Positions 39,010 through 50,600 of a stretch of 64,000 nucleotides of DNA are shown in pieces. Source of the stretch: Mytilus edulis. Its lineage: Eukaryota. Each line of letters opens with the position of its first letter. Position 1 is the stretch's first letter. The notes below the pieces were generated by a model that was not told the origin of the DNA, did no database searches, and was given only the letters and a program-made list of their open reading frames with translations. The position numbers and the translations under genes were made by a program. The stretch is from positions 86,304,001-86,368,000 of the forward strand of contig NC_092347.1 of NCBI RefSeq assembly GCF_963676685.1, in the 5' to 3' direction.

Positions 39010-40174
39010 ATGAAGTTTTTTATTTTTGTTTTATTTTATGTACTAATTGAAAAACAATGCTACTCTTGGTGCATGTATTACGAAAAGCAAGGTATGTACA
39101 CTTTCATTTTAAACCATTTAAGCTCCACGAAAAAGAAGAAAGCGCCACCTTCAGAAACTATTGATCAGTTCATTCAAACATGTAGCTTGTAGCAAATCAC
39201 AGGCACATATCAACATCTTATTTTAGTTATAGATGTGTTGGTGATGTTTTACAAGATGATTCCGACAGTGAAAAATTACAATGAATTTACTCCCGATAGA
39301 TAAAATATTACCATACATATAGACGATCAAATCAAGCACAGAGCGGGATATCTTCGTTTTTGTATATAAATATTTTTTTTAATATTTGTTTTATCTTGAT
39401 AAAAGCACATTATACTCCTTGTCTATGAACATTCCCTTAGTAAACAGAGAAATGTATATTTGAATGCTTCAAATATTCTGTTTATTTATTCTATAATTCT
39501 TTAAGATGCATGTATTGTTTTGTTTTACAAGATAGTGTCCTTTCCATTTGGTTGTTATTATGGAGGAGACTACATACCCAATGACAAAACCAAAATGATA
39601 AACTGTATGAGTTGTTTCTGCAGACACAGTGGACTACTCAGATGTTGTCCGTAAGTGTATTCAGATAGGGATCGGCAAAAGTAGCATGGACGGTTCCAAA
39701 GTTCAACCTCAAACTTTGAAGAAAAGTCCAAAAGTTAATCAGAGCAACTATTTAATGTCAACGTTTTTAAATTAAGAAAGAACGTTGATGTAGAGAGAAC
39801 GTTAATTTAGATAATAATACGGATGATTGTCTTGATGAAAAGCTTTACATGTTCAACTGCTCAAGTCCATAGCCCGCGTTATACTTACAAAAGTAGTCAT
39901 ATTTCTTTTCTTTTGTTTCTTATACGAAGAAGAGTTTATTTCGATATCTATGTTTATATTCATGTTTTTATTCATAAGATCCGAAATCAAAATCTGCTTT
40001 CGGATACTTTAAATTTCATTACATTTCTTTTCCAGGGCGAGTGACGCAATGGACGGAGAAGAATGTCGACAAAAGCCAGTTAAAATGCTGCATCGAATTA
40101 TGTATAAGGAACTGAAAAACATACATAGATATGGTGGCGGCTACAGGGCACAAAAACTAAATAAAAAGTTTTGA
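39010..40174 (+). CDS. MSMB-like protein B, 111 aa, N-domain retained and C-domain replaced by a basic tail; join(39010..39091,39536..39650,40036..40174)
   Basis: MKFFIFVLFYVLIEKQCYS|WCMYYEKQVSFPFGCYYGGDYIPNDKTKMINCMSCFCRHSGLLRCCPASDAMDGEECRQKPVKMLHRIMYKELKNIHRYGGGYRAQKLNKKF. Exon 1 is 82 nt, as in paralog A, with the same intron phases; AATAAA near 40207. Exon 3 is assigned from acceptor and frame only. Confidence 0.78.
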
Positions 40175-42273
40175 AAAGTGAAATTTATTTATGTTTTATT
40201 TGATACAATAAAAAAAATGTATATTCGTATATCTATATACAAACAAAATTTTCTGACCTTTGGTCGGGTTGTTGTCTCTTTGACACATTCCCCATTTTCG
40301 TTTTCAATTTTATTTCTCCTGAATTGAACTTGTGGTTAATTTGTACCATCAAAAACAAAAATAAGATGTTACCAGTACCAAGGTGAGTAAGAATTCTTTG
40401 AATAAAAGCTGATCAAACATTACATGTAAAGCCTGAGTATCAAATCAGAATCAAATGGGTACACTTAGAAGTCGGCTGACTAGTTATCATGAGAGCACAT
40501 TGTAGTACAGAATGTACATGGAATATCAATATTCTGGAGCCTTAATACGGTATCGTTTACAATGTCAGCATGTTGACACCTCCGCCTAATGTGTATTTGT
40601 ACTGAAATCAGAATGTCCTGGACTATATAAGTAGGATTTTCCAGACTTTGAACAAGAAACTTGTATCTACGCCTACCATTCACATTGAAGTTAGTATGAA
40701 AGAAAGTGGTTAAGAGTTGGACAGTTATAGAGTCAACGTTTTATATTGTTTTGAAGACGGTTTTGTACCTTTTTTTGAATGTTTATGAATCCACATCTTT
40801 TTGACCCCTCATGAGACGACAGAATGCAAGTGCTCTGGTAAACTAAATATCAACAGACCTATTCATTTTAGAAGTTTACTCGATTAAAATCCAAAACATT
40901 ATAATTCATTGAATTGAGATGAACCCGAAAAAATAAACAGTGTCTTACAAATATAACTTTATTATTCAGAACAATCTTATTTCACCTCAACTATAGTCTT
41001 ATGTTCAGACACAATGAATCTACTCCCACATTATATAGTGTTTTTTTTCGTCGATTTTGACTTTCATCAATCTTGATAAAGCGGCAACTCCTTCCAAAGA
41101 ACAGACTTAATGTGCTTTGCTCATTGTTGAAGGCCGTACGGTGACCTATAGTTGTAAATGTCTGTGTCATTGGTCTCTTGTGGACAGTTGTCTCATTGGC
41201 AATCATACCACATCTTCTTATTTATATATTAACCCCACTTCCAAAAAAAGACTATAAACAACACGAACTTCACAAAAAAACGATGATCCGGAAGGGCACC
41301 CAGAACAACTGTTTATGATTACAGGTAAACGCTTGGGGATGATTCACCTTCGGTGATGTAAAAGAAAAGAAAAGGATGACATACCAAATTGAAAAGTGTG
41401 TCAATGTTTTTCAAACGTTTTGTTTATTCCTTGGCATAATCCTCGAATCCATAATTAGTTTACATTTGTGTTTCCAATTTATAAATTAAGCATCATTATA
41501 TTTTGACCCTTTGGTAGACACATATTTTTTTCGAGAAGTGTTATTGTGAATGTACAGGATGAAGGTTATAACGTGGCAGAAGGAGTATTGGTATTAAATA
41601 GGATTTAGAATTGATAGGAACATACTGATTTTTATAGTAGGGAGGTGTTTTTTGATTGGACTGATTCATGGTGATTGATCTTTTTCCAAATAATGGCAAC
41701 GTTTCTCTCTGACTTCTATTTAAATTTTTATCTTTATATGAAATTTAGATTGATATTTATAGAGTTTGACCATACACTGTGATGTATAAAACAATAGAAA
41801 TTAATCAGCTATAAAAAGGGTCCTAATAAGTGCCTTTTTGAATACTTACAACCTGTCGATAAACTTTATTGTCGAAACTGTGTACATATAAATGTGTGTC
41901 CATGTTTGGTAGGAAAAATATTATATGAATATGCCAAGTAAACTACCGAGTCCACTTATTGACCTATGTAAAAACGAAAAAAGTACTAAGACATACAACA
42001 GCTTTTTAAACTACAATTGTTTTCATTTTACTTATGGTCATTTGAAATGATCGCACTCATCAATATACGCTTAGCCTATAATAAAGTTTGTTTCAAATAG
42101 AAATCATGTTCTTAAACGTTAAGCAATGGTCTTAAGAAGAAAAATAATCATTTGAAAATGCTTAAGCTTGATAACATTGTATTGGTAAACAACAGGGCAT
42201 CATACATAGATGCACATAGCTAAAACGACGGTCATATAAATCTGATATAGACGTATACAGATAGGAAAGGAAG

Positions 42274-45200
42274 ATGAAATCTACTTTACCAGTAACCACA
42301 ATGCTGTTAATTCTAACTGTTATGGTGTCTGGGCATTGCTGTCTGCATTGTTCTTTTCGTCCAGGTAATGTAATTTCTGATATGAAAATGACTAGTCAAG
42401 ATTCGGCATTGTACGTGCATTCTCTTTTGAATTTGATAGATTTTTTTTATAAAATTTTCAAAATCGGCGCAAATGTCATACGCCCGATAGATTTTATGTA
42501 GAATTTAAAAAAAAATTAACAAGTTACTGTTATTTTAAACAAAATCGGATTGTTGACTCAATGGATATATTCTACATTTCCTTATTTTTATATAATCATA
42601 CTGAAATTAGCAATGGAATACTAGTACGAAAGGTACATGTGAATTTAAAAAGATGTGGGATAAACTTCAGTGAGACAGCATCCCAACGACAAAAAAGACA
42701 TCTAAAGGGCAACATATAGTTCCCAACAATAGACAGGACTGTGTCTATTCAATTTGCCGAGCCCTAAGTCGTCCCGAATCTATAAAAGGTGTAAATTGTA
42801 ACATAAACAATCTAAGATCTTTCATTAACACTATATTCTTCAAATAATGAAAACCATTAAATAAGATATGCAACAAATATTGACGAGCCGGGTTCTCCAC
42901 TTGGGACACGGAAGCCGTGTGCCAGTCTGTTAAGCTAGTCAATCAACTCATGTTTACATCTTCGTGAAGATAAGATTTCAAGCAATTCAAAACATTAACC
43001 AAAACCCATGTAGCAACTGCAGGCTAGCTTTAGATGATAATTGGTCCAACCAGCATTGTTGTCCTCCTCCCTAGTTTTTAGTTTCTTCAATGTTTTCTTC
43101 AATTATACAGTTCTTTTATTTATATACTACATGTATAACGTAACGAATCAGGTCATGTTTTAACACATAAGTACAACTGTATTAACAGGGTTCGGAATAC
43201 TTGGAATGCATCGCTGTCATCATGGTGGAAAATGGATAGCACACGGATTTTCTGTAGTGAACCGGGACTTATGTGAGAAGTGTACATGTGTTAGAAATGG
43301 AATGCAGTGTTGTCAGTAAGTAGTCAATACAATTATCTGATTAATGTTAGTAAGTTGTCAATATGCGAAGATGCATGGTAACTGTCAGTAAGAATTCAAT
43401 ACGGGAACATAGACGATAAATGTCAGTAAGTTGTCAATACTGAAAGATGGTAAATGTCAGTAAGTAGTCAATACAGATAAATAGTTAATGTCAGTAAGTA
43501 GTCAATACGAGAAGATGGTTAATGTCAGTAAGTAGTCAATACGGGAAAATTGGTAATGTCAGTAAGTTGTCAATACGGGGAGATAGTTAATGTCAGTGAG
43601 AAGTCAATACGGGTGGAAAGTAAGTGTCAGTAAGTAGTCAATACGATAAGAAAGTTAATGTCAGTGAGAAGTCAATACGGGGAGATAGTCAGTGTCAATA
43701 AGAAGTCAATACGGGAAGATGGTTAATGTCAGTAAGTAGTCAATATGGGAAGATTGTTAATGTCAGTAAGTAGTCAATACGGGGAGATAGTTAGTGCCAG
43801 TAAGTAGTCAATACGGTAAGAAAGTTAATGTCAGTAAGTAGTCAATACGGGAACATAGACGGTAAATGTCAGTAAGTTGTCAATACGGGAAGATGGTAAA
43901 TGTCAGTAGGTTGTCAATACGAGAAGATTGTTAATGTCAGTAAGTAGTCAATATGTGAAGATTGTTAATGTCAGTAAGTAGTCAATAGTGGAAGATTGTT
44001 AATGTCAGTAAGTAGTCAATACAGATAGATAGTTAATGTCAGTAAGTAGTCAATACGAGTAGATAGTTAATATCAGTGAGAAGTCAATACGGGTGGATAG
44101 TAAGTGTCAGTAAGTAGTCAATACGGTAAGAAAGTTAATGTCAGTGAGAAGTCAATACGGGGAGATAGTTAGTGTCAGTAAGTAGTCAATACGGGAAGAT
44201 AGTTAGTGTCAGTAAGAAATCAGTACGGGAAGGTAGTTAATGTCAGTAAGTAGTCAGTATGGGAAGATTGTTAGTAGCAGTAAGTAGTCAATACGGGGAG
44301 AAAGTGAATGTCAGTGAGAAGACAATACGGGGAGATAGTAAGTGTCAGTAAGTAGTCAATTCCGGAAGATGGTTAATGTCAGTAAGTAATCAATACGGGA
44401 AGATGGTTAATGTCAGTAAGTAGTCAATACGGCGAGATGGTTAATGTCAGTCAGTTGTCAATACGGGAAGATGGTTAATGTCAGTAAGTAGTCAATATAG
44501 GAAGATGGATAATGTCAGTAAGTAGTCAATGCGACTATCTTGTTATTGTCGGTTCTTCTACCAAAGGGTAGGTGATAAATGTTAGTACTTCTACCAAAGG
44601 GTAGGTGATAAATGTCAGTACTTCTACCAAAGGGTAGGTGATAAATGTCAGTACTTCTACCAAATCTTAAATGCGCATCCAAAAGTGGCAAAATAATCAA
44701 CTTATTGATGATGGAAGCGTATTGGTAGATGTAGAAGTAGAATGTGGTTACTGTCATCAAGAAGTCAATACCTGTAGGCAGCTGGTTAATGTAAAGTAGT
44801 CAAAACTGATATCTGGTAACTGCCATTAATAAGTGAATACCGGTATACAATTTACAATCTTGATGTACCTTTATTGTAGTTATTATCAGCATCATAACTC
44901 AACCTGATGGTTTTAACCCTAGTTACCTGCTACGTTCCGTCAATCTTCTTAACTGTGCGGTTTTCTAAGGATTGGTATAAACACATAAAACTATGAAATT
45001 ATAACTGTTTCTGTTGTTATTTTCCTCTAAGTCAGGAAACTGACATACATGACTACATTAATCAATTGATAGAATTCAAACAACTACTTTTTAAAATCAT
45101 ATGAAAAAGGCTATCGACAATAGATATTCACAAGTTTAAACTTTTTAACTTAATGATGCAGAAAAAAATTGTTTTAACAAATCGAACATTTGCTCTTATT

Positions 45201-45562
45201 TACTTTATGTTAGTGTCTCCCTATTTTGAACAAGTAAAAGATACAAGTCACACAATAGTTTCATCACAAACAAAATCAGGGAAACCAATAATCAGTCATA
45301 TTAAAAACATATTGTGGTTTTATATGGTGTTTTGTGCTAGTAATGTTACATAATAAGACGTTTAATATCACACAAGTACAAAATGTATATAGATACATTA
45401 TATATGCCAATTCTTTTTTTTTCTCTTTTCAGTGAAGGTGTACATATAACACATCATCCACATGACTGTCATGTGATACAACATGGCTGTAATGAGTTGG
45501 CAGTCAATATATGGAACCATAACAGAATATGCCATGATGGAATCACTGCTCTTTTGTTTTAA
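42274..45562 (+). CDS. MSMB-like protein C, 115 aa, His-rich with 12 mature Cys; join(42274..42364,43189..43315,45433..45562)
   Basis: MKSTLPVTTMLLILTVMVSG|HCCLHCSFRPGFGILGMHRCHHGGKWIAHGFSVVNRDLCEKCTCVRNGMQCCHEGVHITHHPHDCHVIQHGCNELAVNIWNHNRICHDGITALLF. Same exon phases as A and B, CxxCxC-x6-CC core, and AATAAA overlapping the stop. Confidence 0.9.
43311..44530 (+). repeat. 34-bp (occasionally 38-bp) tandem array that starts at the MSMB-like C exon 2 donor; about 36 copies of TGTCA|GTAAGT
   Basis: Conserved core AATGTCA|GTAAGTAGTCAATAC plus a variable purine-rich 11-15-nt linker. The first copy is the authentic donor at 43315/43316. Confidence 0.96.
44553..44663. repeat. 33-bp tandem repeat (CTTCTACCAAAGGGTAGGTGATAAATGTCAGTA), about 3 copies, related to the preceding array
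   Basis: Shares AAATGTCAGTA with the 34-bp array; decayed copies of that array continue to about 44845. Confidence 0.85.
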
Positions 45563-47628
45563 TAAAAAAACATGAAGATTTTTAAATGAGTGATTAGTTT
45601 CTAATGGCAGTTAATATTTTTAACAGTTAATATTATTATCTGTTTTTTTTTCTTTCCAAGGCATAGATAACCTTATCCAAATTAAGTGGAACTTTTTTTT
45701 TCTAGTTTTTGGTTTTCAATGGGCAAAATATTTTTTTTCCAATTTTTGTTTTATGAACACACACATATGTCTGCCATATTTAATTATTAACCAGTCATCT
45801 TTGACGAGTTTTTATAAAGTTCTAAAAAAGCAGACAGCCTGCTTTGACCTGACACTTCAATAGACTGTTAATTCAAACTAGAGGCCCTTAAGAGCCTATA
45901 TAACTCGCATAATATTTTTGCATTAAACTGATATAGTCAATAAGGCCAAATAATATCCTTGGCAAAAAGAGGTGTCAATGCCTATAAAACTGAATACAAA
46001 ATATCTTTGATTTATCATAAATGGTACCCTTAAAATGGATTTATCGCAAACTTTAAAATGTATACAAAGCAAAAGTTCCAAAGTCACAAGACCATAGAAT
46101 GAATATATGCCAACTTTTTTACAAGTGCATACTAATTATCACTGATTTACCATCAGTGGTTCTGTTTAACATTTAAACTAACAAATGTTTTAAAGTTAAT
46201 AGACCAAGACTGATGGAGAAAGGCCAAATCATCATTAATAGAAATAAGATGAGCTAATGCTAAAACAACTGCATACCAAATGTCAGTGGTTCCCCATACA
46301 CTGACCTAATCACAAACTAAAAAATAAAGGTTTGAACAGTCAGAACCTATAGTTGACCAGAAACAGCATGACTATAAAGTCTTGCTGTTTGACTCCATCA
46401 AAGTAGAACACAAATTGTAAAAATCAGTGTTTTATAAGGAACAATTCTTCTATTTAAAGGTGTGGTCTGACAGTTTTGGTCAAAATACAGAAGGTACTTT
46501 TCATTGTTGCTCTTTATGATAAGTTTTTATTTCTTGGGTGTTTTTTTTCTGATTGAAGCATTGGCTGATTTTTTTTTCTGATTGAAGCATTGGATATTGT
46601 TTTTTTCTGATCAAAGTCTTGGATGTTTTTTCTTTTATATTCACTATTATTCTTTTTTACTTAAAATAAGGAACACACAGTTTCTGTTTCATAAAATATG
46701 TTTATTACTTACTTATAAAAATATATAAATAACAAATAGCTTTGTAACAAAGAGATTGCAAAACACATGATCTTCTTTCGATGCTTTAACAGAGTTATGT
46801 GCCCTTGAAACATTAATTCATATCATCATTATCACAACCGAAATGTTTCTTTTATTGATACAACCATTAAATGATTTATAAATGAATATGAAGATTTTAC
46901 AAGGTGTCTTAAATAATGATTATTTATAAATATTTGACAATGATTTACTTAAATCGGAAGCAATGGACTCACAAAATGGTAGACTTTACTTATAAATATA
47001 TTTCACAAAATATACACTTTTAAGCATGTTTGATTCATAACAATATACAAGTATTAGAAATATATTTTAGATTACAAAATATAATTTCTTAATCAAAACA
47101 TAAACATGTATTGCATAGCAAAATTTAACAAAATATTAAACAACAAGACAATAAATTGTGTAAAAATCATATATAAAAATTCCATTTCCTAACCAACATT
47201 TTTGGGGCTAACTTTTCATTTTGAAAGTTTGATAACAAATTAAATATCAGCAGATACTGTAACAAATTATTTTTGGCAAGATAACAATCCTTTCTATGTT
47301 AAAATGAATTGTATGGTTTGGCCTTTGACAATGCTGTTGGTTTAAACAAAAAATGAAATAAGTCAAGTTAAACTATCATAATGATGCCATATAATAAATA
47401 CAGATATTAATGGTTTGGCAGTAAAAGTTATAATTAATTAAGATGTTTATATATTGCACTTTTTCAATGATTTCTCAACACAATGATACAGAATCTAATG
47501 CACAGTGGCCCATTCTTTAGTACTGTTTATATAGCACTGTTGTCATTGGTCAGCACTGGATCATGTGACCAATTCTAATCTTCCTGAGTAGTTGGGTGTA
47601 GCACTGTTTAACTGCTTTATGTGAGATG

Positions 47629-50600
47629 TCATCTAGTGTTGTATTTATGAGAATCAACATTAAATTTCTGTAATAAAAATCAATAATAATATCAAATCTA
47701 ATGTATACATAAAAAATTTAAACAAATCGGTTTTTTAAAACTTAGTATGGCTTTTATTGCCTTAGCCGTATCCATATTTGGCATAATTTTTTATTTTGAT
47801 GCACTATTACTTTACATTAGCTCTGTTTTTTGGACTGTCTTGATTAGAGACTCAAGATTCACTAAAGAGTCTTTTGCAGGCATAATGCACCTCTGGCATA
47901 CCTGGGTGATTGCAACTGACTGCTAGTGGAAATTTTGCCTAAGCAGGTATCATTGATATTTTCATTTCCTATAAATTTACTTTATATAAATATTGAAAGC
48001 ACCCAGTCAGAGATTGATTGTCTAACCCATTTTTGGCACAACTTTTAAGGAATTTTCCTTTTTGATCCTCTTCAATTTTCTATTTGTTTAGTCTTCTTAC
48101 TGTTGTGATTCCAATGTCACTGATTGGTCTAAGTAGACAGAATGATCGTCTGGCCTATTATTGCTGAATTTTTATATATTTTAAAATTTTTACACTATGG
48201 CCGTCATATCAAGCCAATTTTTATGTCACATGAATTTGGTTTGAGATACTTATAATGAAAGATATAGATAATGTGGTCTACAACTGGTTTATCCTTTATT
48301 GTATTTAACTATTTATGCATTGGATGAAAATGTATGGTTGAGGGTGGGAATCTGAAAAGGCTATCTGATGTCTAAAGAAGGGGTTAATGATGTGACTATT
48401 TACCTGTCTATTTGTCTTTGGAATTTCTTCAACGAAATAAGACGGGACTAAACCATAATGTCCATCAACCTAAAAATAAAAGAATATAAAAAATTAAAAA
48501 TGAAGCATATTTACTTATGAATAAACTAAAAGGCTTTAACTAATGTAAATCAATGAAGCTTAAAACAAATCTTAACTAACTAAAAAGTTTAAATCAATTA
48601 ATATATTCATTAAGCAAATCTCTTCAATGAACACACATTTACTAAAAGAGAGAAAAAAAATACTATTTGTTTCTGGGTAATTGATTACAGTGGTAAAAGA
48701 GATCAAAACATTAAGAATTGCAGGTTATTTCCAATCCAAATCAGCATGCTTTCTCATAAACATAAAGACATTTAACAGTTTCTGATCTGCTGACTTCAAA
48801 CATATAAATTCCAGATTTGTAGTTATATTATGATGTACAAGTTTTATCTTCATCTGAACTTTGTAATTAACAATTACTTACACAACCATAAAAGTATCCA
48901 TCCCGTCTTTCTTCTCCGTATATCGTTATGGAATCTCCAGCACTAAATGCCAGTTCCTGTGACGTATCAGCTCTAGGAGACTGTTTTTGTGGGTCATAAT
49001 CATAGATGCCTAAGTATTGTCTTTGATGTAACTTAATAAATTCATGACTTGTTAACACTCTGTCCTCTCTAGAATCGTTGTCTCCGTAGAAGATATCTAT
49101 AATCTCTGACACTTGTCTGTCACAGACTGACTCGATACCAAATATGTGGTCCCTGTCCATACTGATACTGTGGAGGACCAGTCTGGTTATGCTTGCTTTG
49201 GTAAGGTGTCGGTGAAGTTTGCCATCCACAAATATCTACAAACACCATACACGTTATAAAGATTTCAAGCTTAGTTCATAGCTTTCTATAGATTATTTAT
49301 ATAAAGCAATTCAAATTGAAATATGAACTGCCTGTTTTAGTGTTGTACCAGTTACTGTCAGAAACTCAGTATTTTTTCTTAAATATTGAACAGGAACCTC
49401 ATTTAGAGATATTATTGTAACATGCTTATGACTACCAAAAGTTAGGTTTAACACCACAGACTCTAACATCAACTTTTCTTTTTCTAAGCAATGAAAAACT
49501 GGTAACTAGAGTGTCAGTTGTTGCATGATATTTATAGGTACAAGTAGATGTTACTGTCAAATTATGAATCTAACCACTAAATGATAAAATTTCCATTAAA
49601 ATCAGGACTTTTATGTCATATATTGCTTTCGTGTAAAATAAAAATTTACCCACAAAATCACATCCAATTATTAAGAATCCGTGGTTTATTATTTAACCAC
49701 AAAGACTTGAAAATAATACCTTATATCCAGTAACAGGTGTTGCAGGAGGTTTCCATGACAGAGTTATCCCCCTTTCTGTTTCCACGGCCTGGAAATCTTG
49801 TGGTGGATCAGGAACGACTGTAACTAAAAAAAAAAATGTTGAAGCCAGATCTTGAATAGCCTCTGTATGTCTATGAACTATATATTTTTTTCAATGATTT
49901 TGACCTTTACATGTTTTATAGACACTGTTCTATTGATGAAGACTATGTTGATCTCAAATTAGTTTTGGTAATGGGTGTTGATGAGTTGCTGATGTAAACC
50001 ACATAACTGCTTTTATTGTGTGTAATTCATGTTAAAAAAAATAAGTCATCTTTGAAAAATTGGATGAGTCTTCAAATAAAAATAATCAATAAAACAATAA
50101 CCAGATGCTCCGCAGGGCGTAGCTTTATACGACCGCAGAGGTTGAACCCTGAACGGTTGGGGCAAGTATGGACACAACATTCAAGCTGGATTCAGCTCTA
50201 AATTTGGATTGTGATTAAATAGTTGACACAGCATAGGTTTCTGACACAGAATGAATGTGTTCTAAGGAACTTAAATTTTTTGTTTTCTCTTAGAGCAATT
50301 CACTATGCTGTTGAATATTAATCCTCTCAAAAAAATGTTTGAAGAAATTTTCTTTTTTATTTATGAAATTTCAAATGAGAAAAATTGAACCCAATTTTTT
50401 TAATCACATCCCCCTTTCCCTTATTCCAAAACTAATCTCAATTAAAATTTCTAATGGAGTTTGCAACAATAACTACTCATTTAAATACATCATAAAATAT
50501 TAAGATGTAAAAAAACTGCTTGTTATCACTGAATGGTAAAGATTATTTTAATTTATCAGTTGGTAGTAAAAAGTGAATATACATTGTATATTGTATATAA

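Noticed and set aside
39529-39535. Upstream AAG acceptor (39531) for MSMB-like B exon 2
   Set aside because: It is out of frame with the Cys-bearing reading frame. The TAG 4 nt downstream gives the correct phase.
40480-40683. 67-aa minus-strand ORF with a CxxC motif
   Set aside because: No signal peptide, no splice support and no recognisable domain.
43311-44530. CRISPR-like appearance (conserved ~23-nt core plus variable linker)
   Set aside because: The linkers are only 11-15 nt and related to each other, the context is a eukaryotic intron, and there are no cas genes. It is a minisatellite.
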